Source: an uncultured Desulfobacteraceae bacterium
Lineage (GTDB): Bacteria; Desulfobacterota; DSM-4660; Desulfatiglandales; HGW-15
Reading direction: 5' to 3'
Length of the DNA: 64,000 bases
NCBI GenBank assembly: GCA_964520425.1
Contig: CAZFMX010000001.1
Coordinates: forward strand, 48,764 to 112,763
Shown here one piece after another: positions 27,001 to 35,206 of this stretch. Below the pieces are notes generated by a model. The model did not search any database. It saw only the letters and a program-made list of their open reading frames with translations, and was not told where the DNA came from. The position numbers and the translations under genes were made by a program. Position 1 is the first letter of the stretch. Each line of letters starts with the position of its first letter.

Positions 27001-27946
27001 CGGAGGCAGGCCAATTACCACAACCGTGGAAGGGCGTGAACGCTATCCGGTCCGGGTCCGCTACCTGCGGGAGTTGCGTGACAGCATCGAGGACATCGGG
27101 CGTATCCTTGTGCCGGCAGCAGGCGGGGCGCAGATCCCCTTAGCACAATTGGCTGAAATCAAATATGTCCGCGGCCCACAGGTCATCAAGAGTGAGGACA
27201 CTTTCTTGATAGGCTATGTGCTTTTTGACAAACGGGAAGGCTGGGCCGAGGTGGATGTAGTGGAGCAGGCAGGGGCCTATCTAAATGAAAAGATCAAGAA
27301 TGGTGAATTTGAATTGCCGGCAGGTGTCAGCTACACCTTTGCCGGGAGTTATGAAAATCAGGTCCGATCGGAGAAGAAACTGATGGTCGTCCTTCCTTTG
27401 GCGCTTTTTGCCATTTTTCTCATTCTCTATTTTCAATTCCATTCCGTATCAACAACATTACTCGTTTTCTCCGGTATCTTTGTGGCCTGGGCAGGCGGCT
27501 TTATGCTCATCTGGCTCTACGCCCAGCCCTGGTTTATGAATTTTTCGGTCTTCGGTAGCCATATGCGGGATTTTTTTCAGGTCCATCCCATCAACCTGAG
27601 TGTCGCCGTATGGGTGGGTTTCCTCGCCCTTTTCGGCATTGCCTCGGATAACGGCGTGATCATGGCGACCTATCTCAATCAGACTTTTGATCGGACCAAA
27701 CCTGAATCGGTCAAAACCATCCGCGAAGCCACCATCGAAGCCGGTATGCGGAGGGTGAGGCCGTGTCTCATGACTACAGCCACAACCATCCTGGCGCTTG
27801 TGCCGGTACTCGCGTCTACGGGTCGCGGTTCCGATATCATGGTGCCCATGGCCATCCCGTCGTTCGGCGGGATGCTTGTCGTGATCGTGAGTATCTTTAT
27901 CGTACCGGTCCTCTACTGTGCTATCAGAGAGTATAGGTTAAAGTAA
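24029..27946 (+). CDS. cusA: CusA/CzcA-family heavy-metal RND permease, long (1305 aa) variant
   Basis: Collinear with E. coli CusA as I recall it. This includes the contexts of the Met triad (LYMPTT, SMIETV, IVMLQSG). It carries extra hydrophobic and periplasmic insertions. Confidence 0.9.
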   Translation: MADDVRTDKGTTPSILDRVIRFFLENKLVVILMILLVVTWGIMVAPFDWDTGSLPRDPVPVDAIPDIGENQQIVFTQWMGRSPQDVEDQVSYPLTVALLGVPKVKTIRSYSMFGFSIVYVIFKEDAEFYWSRSRVLEKLNSLPPETLPEGVQPMLGPDATALGQIYWYTLEGRDSKGHPTGGWDLQELRSIQDWTVRYALMGAEGVSEVASVGGFVKEYQIDVDPDAMRAWNVKLEEVFRAVKMSNKDVGARTIEINRAEYIIRGIGFVKSLSDLENAVIKVNDNVPVYVKNVAHVSLGPALRRGALDKEGAEVVGGVVVVRYGENPLAAIKNVKKKIAEIAPGLPKKTLPDGTVSQVTIVPFYDRTTLINETLGTLNTALTEEILVTIIVILFMLMHLRSSILVAGLLPLAVLMCFVAMKLFGVDANIVALSGIAIAIGTMVDMGIVLCENIVRRLEEAGPDQSRLEVIYSASIEVGSAVLTAVSTTVIGFLPVFTMQAAEGKLFKPLAFTKTFALISSVIVALTIIPALAHLLFSSSFKVKRLRGITHWALIVLGIIVAFILNVFLGVLLALVGAFHLVESRVPQIIKRAVPYLLVAAVLLFFIIVLSEHWLPMGPEQGIVRNFIFVVMVIGGLLLSIQFFIRVYRPILAWCLDHKTLFSMIPLAILLFGGMTWLGFDSFFGWLPDGIKNSRIVSPIANRFPGLGKEFMPPLDEGSFLYMPTTMPHASIGEALDVLQKQDMSFRDIPEIESVVGKLGRADTPLDPAPISMIETVINYKSKYVVDKKGRRVTFKFDEDQTDLFRDVNGVPLSAPDGEPFFVRGLYPRDNSGRLIPDKDGKPFRLWRPVLDPDLKGRLEDGTVSDLNSGREAWKGIQSPDDIWDGIVKAGEIPGTTSAPRLQPIAARIVMLQSGMRAPMGIKVKGPSLEIIEKVGLQLERFLKEVPSVEPSAVIADRIVGKPYLEIKIDREAIARYGIMLEKVQDVIEIAIGGRPITTTVEGRERYPVRVRYLRELRDSIEDIGRILVPAAGGAQIPLAQLAEIKYVRGPQVIKSEDTFLIGYVLFDKREGWAEVDVVEQAGAYLNEKIKNGEFELPAGVSYTFAGSYENQVRSEKKLMVVLPLALFAIFLILYFQFHSVSTTLLVFSGIFVAWAGGFMLIWLYAQPWFMNFSVFGSHMRDFFQVHPINLSVAVWVGFLALFGIASDNGVIMATYLNQTFDRTKPESVKTIREATIEAGMRRVRPCLMTTATTILALVPVLASTGRGSDIMVPMAIPSFGGMLVVIVSIFIVPVLYCAIREYRLK

Positions 27947-28023
27947 CACTCATGAATTCTATCGACTTTAGGTGCCGATTGAGCCATCATTTTTATGTCG
28001 AAGAAAAAGTTGAGAAAGGAAGT

Positions 28024-29319
28024 ATGAATGTGAATGAAGCGAAGAACTTGAGTGACTTGAAAGGTGAATTCAGGGAGAAGGTCAGAGAATTGCTGCCTGA
28101 AGGCATTCTGGACGTCTGTCTCACGTGTGAGGTTTGCGCGAGTGAATGCCCGGCCACCGGGCTCGAAGATATGGACCCCAAAAAGTTTGTCAGGATGGTT
28201 GCTCTTGGAATGGATGAGGAGGTTTTGACCACTCCCTGGGTGTGGATGTGCAGTATGTGCCAGCGGTGTCTCCATGCCTGCCCCAAGAAGGCGGATATCC
28301 CTCAGATAGTCAGTTTGGTTCGAAAGAATTGGCCCAGAGAGGAGGTCCCTAAAGGTATCTTGGGATCGTGTAATATGGCCCTCAAACACGACACCTGTAG
28401 TGCGATGGGAGTCAGTGAAGAAGAATTCCAATCTTTGGTTGAGGATTTGGTTGAGGAAGTTCGCGAGGATCAACCGGGCTGGGAGGATCTACAGGCCCCG
28501 GTCAATAAAGAAGGAGCGGAATTCTTCCTTAATCAAAACTCAAGGGAGCCGGTAACCGAACCTGATGAGATGGTTCCCCTATGGAAGATACTGCATCTTG
28601 TCGGGGCTGATTGGACTTACGGCACAAAAGGATGGGCAGCAGAAAACTATTGCATGTTTATGGAAGATTGGGATTCGTGGGAACATATTGTTAGGGTCAA
28701 AGCAAAGGCCGTTGACGACCTGGGCTGCAAGTATTGGCTCAACACGGAATGAGGCCACGAGTTCTTTGCGGTCCGGGACGGACTGGAGAAATTCAATATT
28801 CCTCATAAATTTGAGATTATTTCGATCATTCAGTGTTATGCCAAATGGATCAGGGAAGGAAAACTGAGGGTCAACTCTGATTGGAACAAGAATCTCAAGG
28901 TGAAGTTCACGGTTCATGACCCCTGCCAATTGGTGAGAAAGACCCTTGGTGATCCAGTTGCGGAAGATCTAAGGTTTGTCGTCAAATCGGTTGTGGGTGA
29001 AGAGCATTTCATTGACATGCATCCCAACAGATCCAACAATTACTGTTGCGGCGGCGGCGGAGGTTATTTGCAGTCTGGACTCACTGAAGCCAGACGTCAC
29101 TTTGGAAAACTGAAATTCAATCAGATCAAGGACACGGGGGCTGATTATTGTATTACGCCATGCCATAACTGCCATACGCAAATTCGCGATCTGAGCACGC
29201 ATTTTAAAGGGGGCTACCATACCGTTCACTTATGGACCCTTATCTGCCTTTCACTGGGATGTCTCGGAGAGAATGAAAGAGCCTATCTCGGACCTGACCT
29301 CGCAGAGGTGGGATTGTGA
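28024..29319 (+). CDS. HdrD/DsrK-like (Fe-S)-binding CCG-domain protein, predicted selenoprotein (TGA at 28750-28752 read as Sec)
   Basis: ORF-track entries 27952..28752 and 28900..29319 are in the same frame, and the 147 nt between them are open. Two CxxCxxCxxxCP motifs (CLTCEVCASECP, CSMCQRCLHACP) are present. A complete CCG domain lies downstream of the TGA (DPCQLV...NYCCGGGGG...PCHNCH). A SECIS-like hairpin follows the TGA. Confidence 0.7.
28769..28785 (+). promoter_or_regulatory. SECIS-like hairpin downstream of in-frame UGA
   Basis: CGGUCCG-GGA-CGGACUG forms a 7 bp GC-rich stem (one G-U pair) with a G-rich apical loop. It starts 16 nt after the UGA. A weak lower-stem extension (UUU/AGA) is possible. 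Confidence 0.5.
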
Positions 29320-29562
29320 TCTATTTAGTGCCCATCCATAAACGGCCCTTTTGGCCAATCTCTGCGTCACTCTTCAGATTGTAATCCTCGAAATACTCTA
29401 ATGTATTCCTGTGGTTACAATCCTTGCGTTCCTTGACCTTGACCAAAAAACCTCGTTTTTGGATGGACACTATTTAATAAAAAGGCCATATAGAATATAC
29501 TTTCTTCAGTCCCTCGCTTCAGTCTTTAGCCTTCGACCTTCAACCTAGTTTGAGGAAACACT

Positions 29563-30588
29563 ATGCCCATTCCCGGAAACCTTCTCACTACGGCCATGGC
29601 CGTTATGCCCCATACAGACGTGGACAAGGCCATTGAAGTGGCCCTTTCAATGGATATCCCTTTCTGGCCGCAATTACCTCACTACAATTATTATGAAGAC
29701 ATGTATGTTCAAGCCTCGGAACACTTTCCAGGCATTCTACTCAACATGGAAGCAAAGACTCTCAGATTCTCTACAGATAAATTCCTGGAAGAACTGGAAG
29801 AGACCATGAGCCATTTTAATGATCCTGAATACTTTGACATAAGCGACACATACTCCGTTGTGTACCATCGTTTTTTGAATCTGGATCTCGCCAAGAGACC
29901 CGCCATACGTGGTCAACTGGAAGGTCCGATCAGCTTTGGATTTAATGTTGTGGATGAAAACGATCGTCCCATTCTGTTCAACGATACTGTCAGGATGGTC
30001 ATGCTCGATTTTATGGCCAGGAGAGTGAATGTTCAGTTGAAAAGGCTGAAGGAGAAAAATCCCAATGCCTTTATGTTTATTGATGAACCCGGGCTTCAGT
30101 TCCTCTGGAGTGCCATGTCGGGTTACGGAGACCAAGCGGCCAGAGAAGACATGGATTCGTTTTTTACCATGATTGAAAGGCCGCGAGGAGTGCATCTATG
30201 TGGAAATCCGGATTGGGATTTCCTCTTGGGGATGGATCTGGATATTCTATCCCTTGATATTTATACGAACAACGAGATCTTTGTGTCCTACGCCAAGTCC
30301 GTACAGAGGTTCCTGGATCGTGGCGGAACCCTCGTTTGGGGCATCGTCCCCACCAATTTCGAGCCCTTTGAAAAAGAAGACATCCCTTCCCTGATTTCAA
30401 GGCTAGAGGATGTGTGGTCGGTCCTTGATCATAAGGGCATTGACAGGGAGTTCCTCTTGTCTCGGAGCCTGCTTTCCCCGGCCACTTGCTGTCTGATCAA
30501 TCCGGACGGGGAAACAACCGTGGAAAAGGCCTTTGAGGTAGTCAGGGAATTGTCGGGTACCCTTCGAGATCGGTATGGACTGAAGTAA
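29563..30588 (+). CDS. MetE C-terminal/UROD-fold (TIM-barrel) methyltransferase-like protein
   Basis: 341 aa with GVHLCGNPDW and SPATCCLINP, reminiscent of the His/Cys Zn site of cobalamin-independent methionine-synthase-like proteins. The assignment is tentative. Confidence 0.4.
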   Translation: MPIPGNLLTTAMAVMPHTDVDKAIEVALSMDIPFWPQLPHYNYYEDMYVQASEHFPGILLNMEAKTLRFSTDKFLEELEETMSHFNDPEYFDISDTYSVVYHRFLNLDLAKRPAIRGQLEGPISFGFNVVDENDRPILFNDTVRMVMLDFMARRVNVQLKRLKEKNPNAFMFIDEPGLQFLWSAMSGYGDQAAREDMDSFFTMIERPRGVHLCGNPDWDFLLGMDLDILSLDIYTNNEIFVSYAKSVQRFLDRGGTLVWGIVPTNFEPFEKEDIPSLISRLEDVWSVLDHKGIDREFLLSRSLLSPATCCLINPDGETTVEKAFEVVRELSGTLRDRYGLK

Positions 30589-30890
30589 AAAACCGTATCA
30601 TCATTTCTGAGACTAATACTCAAAGTCCTTGATAGAATTCTCAATTATTCTGACGTGTGATAAGGCATGGACTATTTCCCCAAGACGATACTTCTCTTCT
30701 TAATGTCCCATTCTGGGAATGGGAGAAAATCCCTCGCCTTTAGGCGAAGACTTCAGTTCGATTTTATTTAGACAGTCAGGATTCAAGGGAAACCATAATC
30801 GTTTTTTCACTTGGCCCCTTGACCTCTTGACTCCTTGGCCCCTCAAGCCTTCGGCTTCAGCCGAAGGTGGTTGACTTCTTATTCACGGTA

Positions 30891-31478
30891 CTAGTTTCCC
30901 AACAATCCCTTTCGTATCTTTTTGTTGGCCTTTTCTCCAAAGTTGTAACGGTAATACATTTCGATGAATTCCTTGTTGGCTATAGTCCCCCTTTCCTCAC
31001 CCTGGTACTCCAAGGTCAGGCCCTTGCCCGGCACATAGGTGGAAACGGATGTCAGCCCCGGGTGCATATCTTTGTCGAGCCAGGATGCATAAAGCAGAAT
31101 ATCCTCTTCATTGCGTTCATACATTTCCGCAGGGTTGCATTCTTTCATCAAGTCAAGATACCCCTCTCTCAACTTCTTGGCCGTTGCCTTATCGGTAAGG
31201 TAATGAAAGTACAACTGCTTGATTTGTTCAGATGTGATAACCTCCTGAGGATCTCCGGTGATTTTTTCCAAATAGAGTCCCACTACGTAGACTTTGACCA
31301 ACCCCAGGGCCTTTCGATAGGCCACGCCGTTGAGTTTGAGAGTTTTCCCTTGCACCACCTTTTCGGCTGGGAAACATACCCCTAGAATCTCCACATCCTC
31401 TTCAACTAACGCGGGAACAGCCGTGATCAGAAGGCAAGCTGCGAAAAGGAAAACAACCACGGATCTCATCCAAGTCAT
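30891..31478 (-). CDS. chalcone isomerase-like (Chalcone_3) family secreted protein
   Basis: GKTLKLNGVAYRKALGLVKVYVVGLYLEK is the family hallmark, and a signal peptide is present. The start is set at MTWMRS because AAAGGAG lies 7 nt upstream. The ORF-track start at 31505 is judged too early. Confidence 0.7.
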   Translation of the reverse strand: MTWMRSVVVFLFAACLLITAVPALVEEDVEILGVCFPAEKVVQGKTLKLNGVAYRKALGLVKVYVVGLYLEKITGDPQEVITSEQIKQLYFHYLTDKATAKKLREGYLDLMKECNPAEMYERNEEDILLYASWLDKDMHPGLTSVSTYVPGKGLTLEYQGEERGTIANKEFIEMYYRYNFGEKANKKIRKGLLGN

Positions 31479-31713
31479 ATTTTCTCCTTTCTTTGCCATT
31501 ATCATTCTCCCTTTATGTTGAAAATTCCATAGATCTGCAAGGATCGTCCTCGTGCCTTAGATTATACTCTTTGATGATTTTTCTTGCAGCCTGATTCTTA
31601 CAGCCCCCTTGTCTTACATGACTCAAAAAGCAGCACATGTGCCGGAACATAAGCCAGATATTTGAAGGTTCATAACCACAGAAACAGTGAATACAGAGAT
31701 CCCGATCAGGTCT

Positions 31714-32562
31714 TCAAGTTTTCCCAACAAACATGTCCTCGAGTCTCTCGAAACTCACCCGGCCCAGCTTTCCGGCTCGTAATTCGCGTAGAAAGATCTC
31801 TGAGGACCTTTGAACATCGATTCCTCCACCACTGATCAAGCAACCGCGCCGGCGACCGATTTCCTCGATGGTTTCGCTGGCGGTCTTGGGCATTGTTTTG
31901 AACTTGTAACGGCGCATGACTTGTTCCGGATACCGAATGGCCATAAATTCCGCTGCAAACAGGGCCAGATCAACATCATCGACGGCCTTGTCTCCTATGG
32001 CGCCGCTGACCGCCAACCGATAGGCCCCGTTCTGGTCGTCCAGACGCGGCCAGAGAAGACCAGGTGTATCGGATAGGAGAATATGGTTATGGAGATCAAT
32101 CTGTTGTGGACAAGTGGTCAAAGCGGGTCTATTTCCAACCCGGGCAACGCGTTTTCCTGCCAGTGTGTTGATCAGGGTCGATTTTCCGACATTGGGAATG
32201 CCGACCACCATAGTACGTACAGGCTTTCCCGGCTTGCCGCGACGGGGTGCCAGGTTTCGGCAAAGTCTGGGGATACGCGCCACACTAAGGGGTTCTTTGG
32301 CTTCCAATGGCAAGGCGCGAATCCCGTCCTCCTTTTCAAAATGAACTACCCATTCTTGGGTCACATCGGGATCGGCCAAATCGTTTTTGTTCAGGACTTT
32401 GATACAGGGCTTGTCCCGATTCAACTCTCTTAGAACCGGATTGGCGCTGCCCATCGGCAGACGAGCGTCAAGGACCTCGATGACGACATCAATTCTCGGC
32501 AGCATTTCACCAATCTGTCGACGCGCCCTTTTCATATGTCCTGGATACCAATTGATTTTCAT
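31714..32562 (-). CDS. rbgA: ribosome biogenesis GTPase A (YlqF/RbgA)
   Basis: MKINWYPGHMKRARRQI, circularly permuted G motifs (NKNDL ... GIPNVGKSTLINTL ... DTPG). Confidence 0.9.
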   Translation of the reverse strand: MKINWYPGHMKRARRQIGEMLPRIDVVIEVLDARLPMGSANPVLRELNRDKPCIKVLNKNDLADPDVTQEWVVHFEKEDGIRALPLEAKEPLSVARIPRLCRNLAPRRGKPGKPVRTMVVGIPNVGKSTLINTLAGKRVARVGNRPALTTCPQQIDLHNHILLSDTPGLLWPRLDDQNGAYRLAVSGAIGDKAVDDVDLALFAAEFMAIRYPEQVMRRYKFKTMPKTASETIEEIGRRRGCLISGGGIDVQRSSEIFLRELRAGKLGRVSFERLEDMFVGKT

Positions 32563-32929
32563 CTCTTTTTCGCTTTCTCAAAATGAGTTCATCCCATCCG
32601 AAAACCCGATAAAAGCTTTTATCCTTCCTGTTTGGATTAGTCAACCGGAAGCCTTCTCCCTGATCCTACATCGAGGCGTCATCTGCCACAATTTCAATCC
32701 ACACAGAGAACAGTAAAAACTGAGAAGCAAGAGGAGATTTCACATACTATGACGATACTCAAGTATTTGACCGAAGCAGGATATCATATACTATGATCCA
32801 AGGGTAAAAATATGCCACCTATTCCATGATTCAAGTGATTAAGGATAATGACAAATCATCTTGATTTCTGTATTTTATTATGAGTATGTCTTATTCGTTG
32901 TTCGCAACGCATCATAGAGGAGAGGAAAG

Positions 32930-33496
32930 ATGACTACGATTATTGGTATATCAGGCAGCCTGAGAAAAGGTTCCTACAATGCGGGCCTGCTCCGTGCCGC
33001 GGTGGAGGCGGCGCCAGAGGGTTGTATGGTGGATGTGGTATCCATCAGAGGGATTCCCTTTTATGATGGAGATGTAGAGGAGAATGAAGGTATTCCGGAG
33101 GTCGTCGAGGAAATTAAGGGCCGCATCGAGAAGGCGGACGCTTTGCTGCTGGTCACTCCTGAGTACAACAACTCCATTCCAGGCGTCTTCAAGAACGCTA
33201 TTGATTGGCTCTCCAGACCACCTCAAGATCGAGCCAGAGTATTTGGAGAAAAACCCGTAGGTCTCATGGGCGCGGGTCTTGGTTTTTATGGGACCATTAA
33301 TGCCCAAACTGCCTGGCTGCCCGTCTTTAGAGTCCTCAACATGCGGGTCTGGTTTGGAAAGCAGGTATACGTGGGCGGAGCCATGAACCTTTTTGACGAA
33401 TCAGGGAATCTGTTGGATGAGAACACGAGAAAGCGTGTGACATCCTATATGACGGCTTTTGCAGAACATGTGGCCACCCAGAAGCGCCACGGTTAG
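32930..33496 (+). CDS. NAD(P)H-dependent FMN reductase family oxidoreductase
   Basis: IGISGSLRKGSYNAGLLRAA and LLLVTPEYNNSIPGVFKNAIDWLSR motifs. Confidence 0.85.
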   Translation: MTTIIGISGSLRKGSYNAGLLRAAVEAAPEGCMVDVVSIRGIPFYDGDVEENEGIPEVVEEIKGRIEKADALLLVTPEYNNSIPGVFKNAIDWLSRPPQDRARVFGEKPVGLMGAGLGFYGTINAQTAWLPVFRVLNMRVWFGKQVYVGGAMNLFDESGNLLDENTRKRVTSYMTAFAEHVATQKRHG

Positions 33497-33619
33497 GAGC
33501 GTTTTTATGCCGTCTGCGTCGATCAATAGAAGAGGTTGATCTCTGCGAGATGCCATGTGATGTCCCTCTGAGGAGTCACCTGCCTCTGGCAGGTCCACCC
33601 GCGAGAGACTTGTAAACCT

Positions 33620-33955
33620 TTATACTCTCTTACTATCCTTCTTATGGTAGAGGTCAAAAAAGATTACACTCTGATCAGGGAGAGACTCACAATGTTCGCA
33701 AGCAGATTCCAACCGTCTGTTTTCCTTTTTGCATAACTCACACCAGTCATAGATCAACCGATAGTCCTTGCGACCCACGTATTTCTTCAGTTTACCGTGA
33801 TATTGGCCATGCATCTTACCGTCGGCATCGCCAGGATTGACAAGCAACCGGTCTATGACTCGCAGAATTCGGGTATAACCCTTTGGATCGGTTTTTCTAA
33901 TATCATCCAGTTTACCCACAAAGGCCTCGGAGGGCTTGTAAAGGTATTTCTCCAT
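33620..33955 (-). CDS. RelE/ParE-superfamily toxin-like protein with inserted CxxC...CxxC module, no adjacent antitoxin ORF seen
   Basis: ILRVIDRLLVNPGD...LHGKLKKYVGRKDYRLIYDW...VIFFDLYHKKD follows the RelE/ParE pattern. The insert is CELCKKENRRLESACEHC. Confidence 0.45.
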   Translation of the reverse strand: MEKYLYKPSEAFVGKLDDIRKTDPKGYTRILRVIDRLLVNPGDADGKMHGQYHGKLKKYVGRKDYRLIYDWCELCKKENRRLESACEHCESLPDQSVIFFDLYHKKDSKRV

Positions 33956-34219
33956 AAAGTTTTCCTGTCATTATGGGCCCGATTGAGTTAAAAATTCATA
34001 GGGCTTCTTACATCACGTGGATGTTGACACAAAATGAATAGGTGATCCACTAAAATGTGTATGGAGCGGCAACTAAAAGGAATGACGGATCGTTGAGTCT
34101 TCCATGGACAATTCAATTTTCCTCAAACGATAAGAAGGTGCTTCAAATCAAATGAAACGTAGATGAGATGGAACACGCCTCTACCGCTGCCATGTGTTGA
34201 CGAGAAGAAGGAGAGTGAT

Positions 34220-34711
34220 ATGAACATCTTCGTCCTGGACTATGATATAAGAAAGTGCGCGAGGTATCACGCGGATCAACACGTGGTTAAAATGATCCTT
34301 GAAGGGACTCAAATGCTCTGTACTGTTCTGAATGAAAATGGCGTAAAAACACCCTACAAATCAACCCACTTGAATCACCCCTGCACCCTCTGGGTTGCGC
34401 ATTCTCTTTCAAATTGGATATGGCTGCGCAAACTTACGCTGCAGTTAAATGAGGAGTTCTTGTTTCGATATCAAAGGCTTATGGACCATCAATCGGTGAT
34501 CGTTGCTCGTGAACTCTTACCCCCACCCATTGCCGATATAGGTCTCACCGAATTTGTTCAGGCCATGCCCGATGCCTACAAGGTGCCGGGCGCGCCTGTT
34601 GAAGCCTATCGAAAATTCTATGTGGGTGAGAAGCGGCACTTTGTGAAATGGACAAGACGAAGGCCTCCGAAGTGGTTCATAGAAGGGGTCAAAGCACTGG
34701 AAAGAAAATGA
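34220..34711 (+). CDS. conserved hypothetical protein (family with DxHVVKM and NHPC motifs seen in phages and diverse bacteria)
   Basis: MNIFVLDYDIRKCARYHADQHVVKMILEGTQML...THLNHPCTLWV...AYRKFYVGEK..FVKWTRRRPPKWF. I recognise this as a recurrent uncharacterised family. AAGGAG RBS precedes ATG 34220. Confidence 0.5.
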   Translation: MNIFVLDYDIRKCARYHADQHVVKMILEGTQMLCTVLNENGVKTPYKSTHLNHPCTLWVAHSLSNWIWLRKLTLQLNEEFLFRYQRLMDHQSVIVARELLPPPIADIGLTEFVQAMPDAYKVPGAPVEAYRKFYVGEKRHFVKWTRRRPPKWFIEGVKALERK

Positions 34712-34726
34712 CAGTAGGAGATCTCT

Positions 34727-35116
34727 ATGAACGCTTGGTATGAAGGAATGAAAAAACCTCCACTGACTCCACCCAACTGGTTATTTGGTCCTGTTTGGAC
34801 CATGATCTATCTCATGATCGCTTCTTCCCTCTATTTGTATTTGCGGACCAAGTCCAAACATCACCCCGAAACGACAGTAACTCTACTCGTTATTCATTTG
34901 ATCAGCAATTTTATATGGACAGCTCTATTCTTTAGTCTTCAATCCCCTCTTCTCGCATTGTTTGATATCTTTGTTCTGGACCTGTCGTTGGCGGCAATCA
35001 TCTTCCTTTTCCGAAAGACAAACAAAATCGCAGCCGCCCTTCTTCTCCCTTATGGGCTGTGGGTAGGATTCGCGACTTACTTGAATATGGGATTTTTCCT
35101 ATTGAATAGGACGTAA
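34727..35116 (+). CDS. tspO: TspO/MBR family protein, short form lacking the usual first TM helix
   Basis: WYEGMKKPPLTPPNWLFGPVWTMIYLMI is the TspO loop1/TM2 signature but sits at residues 4-30. There are four rather than five hydrophobic segments. Confidence 0.65.
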   Translation: MNAWYEGMKKPPLTPPNWLFGPVWTMIYLMIASSLYLYLRTKSKHHPETTVTLLVIHLISNFIWTALFFSLQSPLLALFDIFVLDLSLAAIIFLFRKTNKIAAALLLPYGLWVGFATYLNMGFFLLNRT

Positions 35117-35206
35117 ATCATTTCTGAGAACTAAAGATAGGACCATCTCTAGGAAATAGTGCAACAGCATTCTTGAATATCAGTATCATATGAAGGAGTT
35201 TTGATA

